A DNA stretch of 63,997 nucleotides, the filler included, from Intoshia linei (taxonomy: Eukaryota; Animalia; Orthonectida), in NCBI GenBank assembly GCA_001642005.1. It is 8 parts of 8 records of this genome, joined end to end, with 100 filler letters (N's around TTAATTAATTAA, not from the genome) between each part and the next. Parts side by side here need not be neighbours in the genome. Positions count along the whole stretch, not along the records: positions 31,180 to 45,023 come from LWCA01000997.1; positions 45,124 to 62,861 come from LWCA01000795.1; 6 more parts are not named here. One strand, given 5' to 3'. Below the pieces are notes generated by a model, which searched no databases, was not told the DNA's origin, and saw only the letters and a program-made list of their open reading frames with translations. Made by a program: the position numbers and the translations under genes. The first letter of the stretch is position 1. Each line of letters starts with the position of its first letter. Shown here one piece after another: positions 39,901 to 51,902 of this stretch.

Positions 39901-41341
39901 TTTATTATTATTATAACGTAAACATCATTTAATCAAAATTAAGTGAAAATTTATGATAATTCGTTCTGGATACTACAATAACGTGAATAATTTTTACATG
40001 CGTTAAATTTAATCTATGCAACGATTTAACTTAGTTCGATTGTAGTTTCCAAAATTGAACCTAGCGAGCCCGTCGCCACTTCAAAAATAAAAAATAGCCC
40101 ATTAAAAAATTTTTTCAACCAATAAATTTAGTAAGTTTACTTTTCTAGATTCATTCAATAAAGTGATTGGTAATTTCGTCTGCTTTAAAACAAATTGATA
40201 TGGATCTTTGACAACATTTGACATTTCATTTTGAAATTTTTGCAAAACGTCCTGCTTAATGACTCTTGTATTACCTAAAAATTATGAAAATAAAAGTCAA
40301 TTAATTTTTAATAATAATATACATATATAACTCGGTCAAGAAGTTAAATAGATCCTGGAAGAAGAGGTACTACTTGTAATCATCATATTGGAAACATTAA
40401 ACGTACACAATTGTATTAAGATTTTAGTTTTTTCTCTAGAATAGTCATGTTTTTTACGATAGAAATGTTATTTCAATGTAAAACTTTCATTTTTTTTAAA
40501 ACTTTATTTTATTAACTGGGGACCAAGACCGTAATAATTATTTACATTTCTAGTATTCATAATGTATATTGAGAAGTACAGTGAAACCTCTTTATAAACA
40601 AACCCTCTATAAACAAATTATCATGCTTTTAAAAATATATCAATCCTATATAATTTGTTTATTACATTTTCACATGTCAACAGTTTACGTTGTATGAAAT
40701 TTTTATTACACTTATCACGCTTTTTTGATACTCCAAAAAACAAATTAGTTATTAAATTTTCAAAATCGTTTGTTTATAAAGAGGTTTCACTACATAAGAA
40801 TTATTATTAATCTTTATTACCAAACCATTTTCTATTTGGTTCAATTCTAGAAACAGTTCCAGAAGTCAACCTTCCTTGAAATGGTGCACTACGAGTAATT
40901 TCTCCTTTCTTGTTTCTAAATATGAAAAATGTATATTTCATAAAACAAAAAAAAAAAATGAATTTATTTACCTGGTAGGTTTAAAATTTCGATACATATT
41001 CAATCTTTTGATAGTAGATTTATCTCGTTTATTTGTATCATTTTTATCAATTTTTCGGTCTAATTTAAATGAAATAATTTTTAAATATATACAAAATTTA
41101 AATAATAGTACCCAAACAAAAATTTCATTCAAAGGCATTTCCAATTAAGTACTAAAATCATGTTTTTCACCAATAAATAAAATTTAATAAAATTTTTAAA
41201 AAAATTAAAAAATTTCCATTTGAAAAAAGACATTTCGAGAAGCATTATATAAATAAATTGCATTTATATTTTACCTGGATTTAAAGGATGGCCAGATTTG
41301 CATATTTTATCTCGTTGTTTGTAAGGTTTAATTATTGCCAT
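33912..41341 (-). CDS. GNL2: Nucleolar GTP-binding protein 2 (NOG2)
   Basis: ATG at 41341 (MAIIKPYK...GHPLNP), then [146 protein letters not shown]. Last exon [17 protein letters not shown]. Confidence 0.97.
34142..35172. mobile_element. Decayed hAT-type element in a GNL2 intron, probably with a nested element (about 34283-34939)
   Basis: TSD GTTTATAC / ATTTATAC. Right TIR AAGGTTGTCAACCCCTG; decayed left TIR TAATAATGGGAAACCT. Internal TTACCG repeats. Confidence 0.65.
36845..37124. mobile_element. hAT/Charlie-type MITE in a GNL2 intron
   Basis: A perfect 8-bp TSD ATGTTAAC flanks CAGAGTGTATTAA ... ATTGACACCCCTG. Confidence 0.85.
38490..38700. repeat. Degenerate ~40-bp tandem repeat in a GNL2 intron
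   Basis: About 5-6 units of TTTTAGATTATTTTTTAA(A)CCA..CCTT(A/G)AAGG.AG.A. Confidence 0.75.
40579..40792. mobile_element. pogo/Tc1-type MITE in a GNL2 intron
   Basis: TA|CAGTGAAACCTCTTTATAAACAAAC ... GTTTGTTTATAAAGAGGTTTCACTA, a ~25-bp TIR. Confidence 0.88.
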
Positions 41342-41588
41342 TTTAGGTTGGTTTAGTATTAATGGTTATATATTCACAAATTTAAAAAAATTTACAATAT
41401 ATTTCACACGTGAATTTAACTTAATTTTTTAGAATAAAACCAACTTTATTATTATACAAATTAACTGCATTAAAATATTGTAAATTTAATATTCAAATTA
41501 AAACGCACATTTAATTGAAAAATTTTTTAGGACGTCAGTATACGGTGATAAAGATTGTTGCAGTAATTTATTCAATCTAGCTTAGAAT

Positions 41589-41993
41589 ATGGGTTTATTT
41601 GATAAATTATCAAAAGTCAATTCTAAGGAAATTGAAAAGGAATTGAATGAATGCGACGGTTGTAGAATGGTGGCATCAATGAGTTTGTTAGTTTTGGGGT
41701 CAATATTATCCACATTAGTTTATGCTGCACCACAAAACAAAAATTTCAGATTCAAATCCAACTTTGCAAAGTATACGTATCGAATTGGTGGTTTAATTAC
41801 AATGTGCGCTAGTTCTTACACTGCATTTTCTTGTTATGAACAAATTGGGTTTTTTTCGTCCAATCGAAAGCCAGAAATTTATAATATATCTCTTCAAGTT
41901 GACAATATTTACGATTATTTCAATTATAGTAGGCCTAAATGGACTGAATCCATTCAAAACAAGTATAACCACAGTGATGATAAAGATGAATAA
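41589..41993 (+). CDS. DMAC1: DMAC1-like (DUF4536) small membrane protein
   Basis: Intronless 134-aa ORF with a CxxCR motif followed by two hydrophobic segments (ECDGCRMVASMSLLVLGSILSTLVY; IGGLITMCASSYTAF), as in DMAC1/TMEM261. Confidence 0.55.
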   Translation: MGLFDKLSKVNSKEIEKELNECDGCRMVASMSLLVLGSILSTLVYAAPQNKNFRFKSNFAKYTYRIGGLITMCASSYTAFSCYEQIGFFSSNRKPEIYNISLQVDNIYDYFNYSRPKWTESIQNKYNHSDDKDE

Positions 41994-42120
41994 AAAATTA
42001 TAACTGACCATTAGTACCATTTTGTGTTTAATGATCTAATATTGATGAATGTAAAATAAATAAAAATTAACCAAGGATAATGTTTATTTAACAATTTCTT
42101 TATTCTAAATTTTAAATTGA

Positions 42121-43527
42121 TCAATATTTTGCTTCATCTTTTACTTGAATAATCATATCCATTTCATCTAAATCTTTTTTAAATTCTTTCATGACAGATT
42201 GGTTTCTATTATATTTTTAAAATTTTAAATATTCTCGGCTGGCGTTCGCTCACCGTTGACAACCACTAATATAAATATAATTTCTGTATTATATACGTTT
42301 GAAAAAAACCACATATGCGTGTCAGTTAACACGTAATATTCTATTTTTGATTTGATTAAATATCAGTATTGGAAATTGAATCCAATGAAAAGGTGGAAAT
42401 ATAATGTAGTATTTATAAAATAATTATTGTTCAATCTTAACAAAAAAAGCTATTATTAAAAATTTTTTTTAATAGAACTACGATTCTTAGTTTTAATTTT
42501 GCACTAGATTTATTACTTGTAAAGGTCATCATCAATTTGGTTATATTTTTTTGAAATCTAAATATTTTAATAATTTTATTTTTGAAAATTAAATATATAA
42601 ATGTTACTCGAAATTCATTAGATGTTTGACTGTGATCAGTTTCTAAAATTATACATTGTACACTATATCTATATCAACTAGAATAAACTGTATCGTAATA
42701 ATCTGTTTTTTTTAATGCTTGGACCGTTAATTATTTAAAAGTGTTTCGAAATTGAAAAAAATGAATACTAAAGTACTTTTTTGACTGTGAAGGCGTCACT
42801 TTGTCAGATTCAAATTTTGTGTGTGTTACCTGTATAATAACTGCATCAGCTGTAAATTTTTTAAATTTCTAAACTATTTTCTCATTTTTTTAAAAAAAGG
42901 GTAATCTGGAGTTTTCATCTTAAAACTGAACTTTTTTGGGTTTGCGATTTATGATTATTTTTATGATTTTAAAACGTAACTTACAATTTATTTTATATTA
43001 CAATTTTAGGATTTTTCATTTTTACAAAAAAGGGTCATTTAGGGTTTTGGCCGTAAAGGTATAAGACTTTAAAATTGAAATTTACCGTTTCAATTTTACT
43101 GAATGTTGATATTTTTCAAATTTTTATCAGATTGTGTATCTTTTATAATTCTAGGACTCGTTTGAATTTTATAAAAAAGGATACTTGGGGTTTTTCACAT
43201 TGAAAAATTCGATTTATGAAAATAAAATTTGTGATAAAACATCACTCTCGAAAAATTGCATTATAATTGAGTATTTTTAAATGGTAACAGACCAATAAAT
43301 AGACAAATAAAAAACAGACATACATTTTTAACTACTGAACACTACATTACTGTGTACTTTATAAAAATAAGAATATGTTTGATGAATTAAATTTTGTATA
43401 TTTATAAATTTAATGAGATAAATTTACAAATTATATAACTAAATTACCGATTTGGATATTTTTGACTTGAATATCTTTCTTGGTGAAAAAGTTTTTAATT
43501 TGATTAAAAATCCAGCTTAATTTTTTC
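42121..43527 (-). CDS. Putative multi-exon hypothetical gene (structure uncertain)
   Basis: Several short AG...GT-bounded open segments (43527-43448 KKLSWIFNQIKNFFTKKDIQVKISKS; about 42643-42608; about 42557-42482; and a terminal NQSVMKEFKKDLDEMDMIIQVKDEAKY*). No recognisable homology, and the phases are not fully resolved. Confidence 0.3.
42670..43330 (-). mobile_element. Diverged copy of the Helitron-like family
   Basis: ATATCAACT.GAATAA, GGACCGTTAATTATTT, GAATACTAAAGT.CTTTTTTGAC.GTGAAGGCGTCACTT and ending in AGACAAATAAAAAACAGACATAC. Colinear with about 7340-7870 and 7930-8300. Confidence 0.7.
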
Positions 43528-43559
43528 TAAAATTATAAAAAAATACAGATAATAATCAC

Positions 43560-44370
43560 TAAAAATAAAAATTAACTTTTACATTACATTTAACTTTCAT
43601 AGTACTTAATTAATTAATGAACTAGACAAGTGGTTCCCTTGAGGACATCTTAATTTTTTTAATAAATCGTTTAATAAAGTGGCCAGAAAAAATACGTAAT
43701 ATCAATTTTAGTTTATTTGGTGTTAAATGTAAAGCCAAAACTATTATCTATGATGACGAATAAAAATTTTCGGCAATTTATATTACAATCCTTTGCAATA
43801 ATGGTAACCATTGATCTATTATTACTTTAATTGTCGATGACCTAACCAACCACCTTGTCTTACTTATTGGTATAAATCTCAAAGGAGAGCGTTCGTCGTT
43901 AATAATCATGTATAAATTTTTATATTCTCTGAATCTTAGAGGCGATTTAAAAAAATTGAAAGTTTCACCATTAATAAAATTTATATCATCTGGAATCACG
44001 GCGAATGCGTAACTACAAGCTGAATGTAATAAATGACATATATATTTAATAAGTATGAGGCTTGGATTATCCTGTTTTAATTTTGTATATAAAGAATTTC
44101 TAATCCTACATAGGTTGGACGCACCATCAGTGTCTAATGCGAAACAGTTAGAAATATTAATATTTTTTGATTAGAAAAAAGTATTTATAGTAATATATAA
44201 AGTTTCTGAATCTGTCTTACCTACCTTAATTAAAGTTAAATTTTAAAAATTAATTAAAAATTTATTTACATGTTTGAAAAATATCTTATGACTATGCATA
44301 AATGTTTCTCATATGTGATATCTGTGGACTCATCATTAATGACACCACATTAACTTTAAAAGTGTTGTAA
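43560..44370 (-). mobile_element. hAT transposase remnant, catalytic region
   Basis: GVINDESTDITYEKHLCIVIRYF, CFALDTDGASNLCRIRNSLYTKLKQDNPSLILIKYICHLLHSACSYAF and KTRWLVRSSTIKVIIDQW correspond to the DESTD, DGA, CxxH-like and TRW motifs. Interrupted by stops and frameshifts. Confidence 0.92.
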
Positions 44371-45023
44371 AATCTGATAAAGATTTTAAATTATATACAT
44401 TATGATAAATTTCAATTTCAAAATCTTATATCTTCACGACCCAAACGCCAAATTACCCTTTTTTGTAAAATACATCTTTTAATGTTTAAATTCAAATAAT
44501 TTGAAGTATAAATTAAAATTAATGAAATCGATTTAAAAAGAGTTGATGTTTAATATAAAAGAATTGATATTAAATTTAAAACTCATATATGAAATTCACA
44601 TTTGAATATAATTATACAAAACAAACGAAAATAGTTAAAATAATACTAAAATTAAATGACAAGAAATAATGATACATATCAAGTATCATCAGTCAAAAAA
44701 CATGTTAAATACAACTATACAATCACATTGATTGGACATTAATATAAAATATATAGTGTATTTGACAAATTTCACGTCAGCTAATCAATCAGTTTTTTAT
44801 ATTACATATTTAACTTTGTATTATTAACTGAAATACAAACATATGCATTAACAAATAAATAATCATACACAAATATACATTCCAAACACAGTATTCATTG
44901 AATTTATTATTGGAAAAATTTTATACAAGTTACATTAATAAAATTTCACATTTTGATAACATTAAAAAGTTTAAATAAAACGATATAAATGAATAATAAT
45001 CAAGAAAAATCATTATACCATGA

Positions 45024-45123
45024 NNNNNNNNNNNNNNNNNNNNNNNNNNNNNNNNNNNNNNNNNNNNTTAATTAATTAANNNNNNNNNNNNNNNNNNNNN
45101 NNNNNNNNNNNNNNNNNNNNNNN
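45024..45123. other. Artificial contig spacer
   Basis: 44N-TTAATTAATTAA-44N. Confidence 0.98.
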
Positions 45124-46444
45124 AGTGCTGAAGAATCAAACTTCACATCAGATTCAATGGAAAATGATTCAAATTTGTTAAAAACTCCAAATGTCCTTTT
45201 TTTTTAAAAATTCAAACCCGTCCTAGAATTATAAAAAATTGAAACAGTTCTAAAAATTAAAAAAATATACGGATGATAGTTATATCCAGTTAAAACACAA
45301 AATAATCTGACGATTTATTTAAGGTGACGCTTTTACGACCAAAAAAGCATTTTTACATTCATTTTTTTATTTCGAAAATTTATTAATTGACAAGTATATA
45401 AAAACTTGTAAATTGAGTTGACTAATGTTAAAGTAAATTAATTAAATGTGCATAAAATAAGATGAACCCATTAATGGTTAAATCTCTATGATAGACCACA
45501 TCCAATGATTTTAAAAATTTGTCACTGCAATTTCAATATAACCCACTATGCCAGTGATTCCCAAACTTTTTTTTATATTCACTAATAATAATGAATATTA
45601 TTGTTAAAAAAAGGTTATCTTCATTTTCTTTAAAATTTTTCTTATGGACCACCTAGAATTTCATATGAACCACTATGGATATGGGTAAACGGAGAATGAC
45701 TACCTATGTAATTATCTGGCATTGAGCGGCAATCTAATTGTATTTGGACAATATAGAATCTAAATTAGTTCTCAACCTTTTTCAGTGTTATGTTAAATAT
45801 ATTACTATTTTGGACGTAATCGAAATTTTTTTCAAGGGCGGTTGAAAACATTTCAAAAAAAAAGAGATACAAAAAAATAACTGGGAAACTTTGTTACAGA
45901 ATCTAGAATATAATTTTTTAAATGTTCAGTTTGGAAAAATGACGGAATAATTTTGTAAAACCAACGGAGGCCGTCCGTAGAGGAGTCTCGAAGTACGGTA
46001 GGTCCGACACTGGGTGAAAAATAACAAATTTTAGTTTTTAATAAGGGGTCGTGACATGCAAAAGGTTTAGAACCACTGCTCTAATGAACACTGAAAAAAA
46101 TAAAATGAACTTTTTTAAATCATTAAAATAACGAGTGTATTGAAACAATGGATAGAATAAGGGTAGTAAAAATCTTCAACTCACAAATAAGTGTACATTT
46201 GTATTAGTAAAAAATAACCGTCAAATGTATAAATTAAATTTTTAAGTCCATCACTTAATATGGAATAGTCAGATTAATCTAATATAGAAATTTAAAAACA
46301 GACCAAACGGTAATATATAAGTTTAGTAATATAAATAAATGTTTTAAAAGTTAAATCAATAAAAGCTGGAAACTTGAAATAAACCAAAAATTAACTTAAT
46401 CGGTAATTTTTTTAATAGTTATGCACAACATCCGTATAGTATGC

Positions 46445-46474
46445 AATGCACACTGTGCATTATATACAAACTAG
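46445..46474 (+). mobile_element. Candidate Helitron 3' terminus (hairpin plus CTAG|T)
   Basis: Perfect inverted repeat AATGCACA-C-TGTGCATT (46445-46461), a 9-nt spacer, then CTAG (46471-46474) followed by T. Confidence 0.55.
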
Positions 46475-48385
46475 TGATTGGAATTTCTCGGTAAATTTAT
46501 ATTTTAATGAATTTACAGCAACAATAGTGAACAAAAGTATTTTTTCACTTTTTGAGCGTAAAGGTAGATAGTTGCATTCTAAAGTGTTTATCAATTATTA
46601 TTATAAGTGAAAACTTAACAATTATTAACCTTTTCACTGTCTGTGTATTCTATGACAGTGGTTCTCAACGTGGGCGGTAACGCCCCCAGGGGGCGTTTTC
46701 AAAATTTAACGGGCGCTGGAAATAATATTATTAAACGGTTCAAATGTGTTGTTTTTCATATTGTTGATAAAAAAAATTTATAATTTAGTTTAAATCTTTT
46801 AAACCATTTTCTGCCATTTAAAACATCCTTACCATACACATATATTTTTACATACATATATACATATACATACACAACACATATATTTTTGGTAGCTACC
46901 ACTGCACTAAGGTCCTTAAAGTACTCATACAGTAAAATATGACGTAAATGTGCCTCAAAATCATTAAAATATTTCGTCTAAATGATGATTGAATAAATGT
47001 AGATTTAAATAAATTACGTTTTCATCTGATGTGGTCGTACACATGATTGTTAAAAAATATCTTATATTTCGAAATATGTGAAATCTTATCGGTGATAAAG
47101 CATTTCTAATCAATTGTATCAATAAAAACGACATAACTTTGTGAATCACCTAATATTTAATTATAGAAGGGCTAGAAGAAATTTATATTTTTTAGTTTCA
47201 AATTTAGTAAGACTATTTGTGCAGTTTTACTGTTATATTTACACTACACAATCTTTTGAATCTTTAAAAAAAATATCAACTCGCATTATTTTTGAAACGG
47301 AGTATAAATATGTAAATTTTAAGCAACGTTTTTCAATTTTTTGAATTAACAAAATAACAATTGTAAATATTCGTCCTACAATTTCTAAAAAAATGAGAAT
47401 TGAACAGATAAAATATATGGCAAATATTCACTGAATTGTCTTCAATCAATAATGTTGACATTTCTGAAATTGTTTGACAATTGTGAATAAACGGATTATT
47501 TGTTTCAACTAATTTGTAGAAATGTATATTTTCCATTTACAGTTTAGTGAGAAGAATTCTTCATTTTCATTGGTTCATATGAGAACATCAATTTACTTTC
47601 TACGCGTTCTTAAATCCAAGTGAACTAAAAATGAAATTGACTAGTTTTGTTATGGATACCTTTAAAAGTGAATATCAAAAAACTGCAGTGCACTGCACTG
47701 GAATTATACAATAATTTTATAAAACCATCCTATAAAAGAAATTAATCAAGTATAACATTAAAATAGGTTCTCAAATTATTTAAATAATTATATTAACCAA
47801 AATAACTAACACCTAGTCTAATTATAATTATACAACACAAGCGACTTGGTGTGGAATTTAACTTGTCTGATGAAGCGTAAAATGACAAAATTGTAGAATT
47901 TTACCTTGAAACAATGAAAAATGCAATTAATTTAATTATATTAAATCATGATAACGCAAATGACTCCTCTTAAATAAATAATGTCACCATTCCAATTACA
48001 TTCCATTACATTATAAATTATATAAAATATGAATAGAAATTCATACATAAAGTAAGTTGAAAATGAAAACATATTGAGTTAAATCAAACATTGGCTATTA
48101 GAAATCGATTTTAGTTTACTTTTAAAATTCCTATGGATAAATATTGATTACATGTTAGTTATAATATCTTGTATAAAATTTCATGTAATAGTAAATCTAG
48201 TTGGTTCAACTTGGTTGACTAATTACATTGTATAACTATAACTACTTTAAAAATATTGTCTCGTTTATTCGATGAATTAATGTTTACAAATTGCCTACTG
48301 CGATTTTAATTTTTTTTAATTTGGATAAATCAATATTTTATTGTAAAAAGGTGTAATTTTTTTAATTTTACTTTAGATATAAATC

Positions 48386-50320
48386 ATGCACAATAATACT
48401 TACAAAGATGACGTTTTAGTAAAATCTCACCAAAATGGAAGCTTTTGGGAACCTAATAACTATAAAACGGTAATTATTTATTTTTATTGTTTAAGTTGCA
48501 CTTTGCAAGTATTATACTGTTATTTAAAGGTGGTCCGCCGTGTAGACAATATTGCCAAAACATGTTCAGATCTCACATCCTGTTTACAACAAAGATCGGA
48601 AATTGAAAAGATTTATGCTCGAAGCCTGAAGGAATGGGACAAGAAATGGTCTGAAGTACTCGATAAGAGTTTGTTATAAATTTATCATGTTTGAGTAATA
48701 TATATTAGGTCATGAATATGGATCTAACCTTGATTGTTGGTCAACTTTGCTAAAAACTGCGGATACTGTGGCCAATTCCCACAATGAAATAAAAATTAAA
48801 CTTGATAAACAAATTGGTGAAATTAAACAATGGAAAACCACCACTTTACACAAATCCCTTATTGGAGGATACAAAGAATCTAAAGTATTCGATGACGATT
48901 TTCGCAAAGTAATGATGATTTTGCCAATTTTTTTACTTGAACTTGTTTATTTTGATTTTTTTATTTAGTGTCAGAAAGTTTGGTTTAAATCGTATGAAAA
49001 AGTAAACAAGTTAAAGAAAGAATATCATTTTATCAAAAAAATGGAATGTACACTACACGTTAATGCCAAAAATTGTAAAGAAAATGTAAATCTTTCAGAA
49101 GAGCAGGTATAAGTGTTTATTTTACATTTTATTTTACCCATTCTTTTAGAAAAACAAAATTGCTGATAAATACAAAAAAGTTATTCTGGACTCTGAATCC
49201 CTTTGCAACAAATATAAGGCTGCATTAGCAGAATTAGATAAACTCAACCCTAAATATATGGAAGATATGACAGATGTTTGCTTTTTTAAATTTATTTTTA
49301 CCCTTTTTAGGTTTATAGACGAACTGATCTGGTTGAAAAACAAAGATTAGATTTTCTCAAAAAAATTATTCTTGAATTTGTACAATCAGATGATAATCGT
49401 ATCAATAATGTGTAATTTTTAATTTTGATTATTTTAGTAATAATGTATATTGCATAACTATAATGGTACCGACGCAAAAATATCATTTAATCATCTCTTT
49501 TTTAATTTGTAAATGGGTCCACAAGCCGACATTAAATGTCTACCAAAATGTTCTTGTTTCATTTCGAGCCGATAATCCCGACCTATGGTTTGACTCAACA
49601 CGTAACATGGCTAACTTGTATTCATGACGGCTATACAATCAATGAAATTAAATATTTAGATATTTAAGTGCGTATGATGATTTGAAACTAAAATTTGAAA
49701 AAATAAATTTTGAAAAAGACTTGGAAGATTGGTCGAAAATGTATGGAATAAATATGCCAATGAATTGGCCCGTGTTTCAGGAATATCAACCAGAATTGCA
49801 AACAATATCTAAATCAAACACTGACGTTAAAGTCACAAGTATTACCACTCGAACTGATTTACGAACATCAATTAAAAACACGTAATTTTTGTTTTAATTT
49901 TTTTATTATTATCCTTATTTATAACAGAAATGGAGCTATACACCCTCCCGTCTCCGAGAAATCTGAAACCGAAGTTGTAGATTGTGATAATGATGCCATT
50001 TCCAATGAAAATGAAACTCAAACTCATGCTGATGGAGAAACTATAAGTGTTAATTTGGAACAAGCTGAAGGGAAAAAAGTTATCGCTATTTATGAGTTTA
50101 AGGCCACTGATAGCGACGAATTTGATTTAGACATTGGTATTTGATTCTATTAGTCTATGTTTATAGCATATTTAGGAGAAGAATTTGAAATGATCAAAGA
50201 TGCCGACGAAAAAGGTTTTTAATTTGAAAAGGTGTTGATTATTTGTTAGGTTGGTGCACAGGTCGAAAAAATGGAAGAGTTGGATTTTTCCCAAAAGGAT
50301 ACGTGAAAGTGGTTCAATAA
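48386..50320 (+). CDS. PACSIN: PACSIN/syndapin (F-BAR plus SH3)
   Basis: GSFWEPNNYKTVVRRVDN, QQRSEIEKIYARSLKEWDKKW, YKESKVFDDDFRKCQKVW, PKYMEDMTD, DLEDWSKMYGINMPMNWPVFQEY, and an SH3 domain VIAIYEFKATDSDEFDLDIGEEFEMIKDADEKGWCTGRKNGRVGFFPKGYVKVVQ*. Confidence 0.95.
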
Positions 50321-50380
50321 TATTTGTATGCTTTATTGATTTTACTCGATTAAACTGTATTTTAATAAATTTAATTTGAT

Positions 50381-51714
50381 TTAATTTTTTTTGAACAATT
50401 TGAACAATTGGTTATTGATTTGTTTTGCTATTAATGAATTAGTTGTACTCTTTATGAAACACAAAATGAATATCTCATCCGTTGACAAAGACTTGACATA
50501 TTTCGGATACTCGTCTTCTGGTGAACTTGGTGCCGGTTGCGGTTTACTGTCTTGGTCGATTTCAATTTTTTTTAAATTCTTTTTTTGGTCCACACATTGC
50601 AATCCGTTCATAATGCTTTCTCGGCGCATCAATACTATTCTACTTATCCATATAGACAGATCCATAATCGTGAAAAACAAAAGTATTGCAACCCAAAACC
50701 AAAACAGTATATACATGACTTGGGCGTACAAATTGACTGGTAGAGAACATTGAACAGTGTATGGAGCTACATTACCCAACAATCTTACCTACATTTGTAA
50801 ATAAAACTAAATTTATAAAAATGTACCTGCAAATTGCAGTAAGTCACTCGAGGGAATTTTATATTGATTCCCATATCCTCAAAACTAGTATTTGTTAATA
50901 ATCGGCTCAAAACATTGTAACCTACTTGTAAGAAATTTACTGAAAATATCCACTGTATTAAAAATACTTGACACAAGAGATTTACCACTAAAAATAAAAT
51001 ATTTGATACAAAATAAATGTACCTTGCAAGCACTTTTGAAAAATGTATAAGGCGAACAAAGAATAGTCTTTAGTGGATGTAATAATGTTTGCTTTAAAAT
51101 TTTTTTGAAATGATCTATACTTGTTGATTTGCAAAGCTACTCTGTCTATATCATTTTTTGAATACGATGTTTGCAATTTAGTGCATGATTTTATCACGTC
51201 ATCAACATCAATTCCATTTTTAGTATTAAAAGTTTGCCAAATTAACATTGGTATATAAAACATTAATGCCTGGAAGGCAAAAATAAATGGAATCCATTGA
51301 TAATACTGAAGTGTTTGTTTAATTGCTGTAGTGGCCTTATTTGCTTGTGATATTGTTTGATTCACATCTAAATTATTGTCATGCTTGATTTAAGTTAACG
51401 TACCTAGATAGTAAGTGTTTTGAACCCAGCAAAACGAGTCTGTGTATTTTACATGCGATCCAGTGAAATGAGCCTATATTTTATTTTATTTATTAATTAA
51501 ATTTGAAATTACTGGGCACCAGCATTTTATAGGTGAGCCTATGTATGCGTGTAAACCAGACACCATTACAAATATGCTGATAAGAAGAACTGAGTAATAA
51601 CTAGATATAAATGTATAATTAATATTTTTTTAAAAACCCATTGAGATTATCTACGTAGTTATTGGCCGACTTTTTATCGTGAGGAGTATTAATAAATTTA
51701 AAAATTTCGATCAT
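50381..51714 (-). CDS. inx: Innexin (invertebrate gap-junction protein)
   Basis: YVDNLNGYYSVLLI, YIGSPIKCWCPAHFTGSHVKYTDSFCWVQNTYY, QYYQWIPFIFAFQALMFYIP..IW, FPRVTYCNLQVRLLGNVAPYTVQCSLPVNL..QVMYILFWFW; several short introns. Confidence 0.97.
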
Positions 51715-51902
51715 TGTAAAATGAAAATTGTGTCGTTTACTGACACCTGGCTAATATTTACTTAAACGAACCATATTAGTGAAACAATGCAGATTGTTCA
51801 ATAAGTCCATCTGCAACAATTAACGAATTGTTAAAAAACATCGAATTTATTCCATTAGAATACAATATTATAAATCTGAAATTCAATATTTATTTGAACA
51901 AG

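Noticed and set aside
46960-48000. Possible exons on the minus strand upstream of PACSIN
   Set aside because: I could not assemble a phase-consistent ORF or recognise homology, so it is not reported as a gene.
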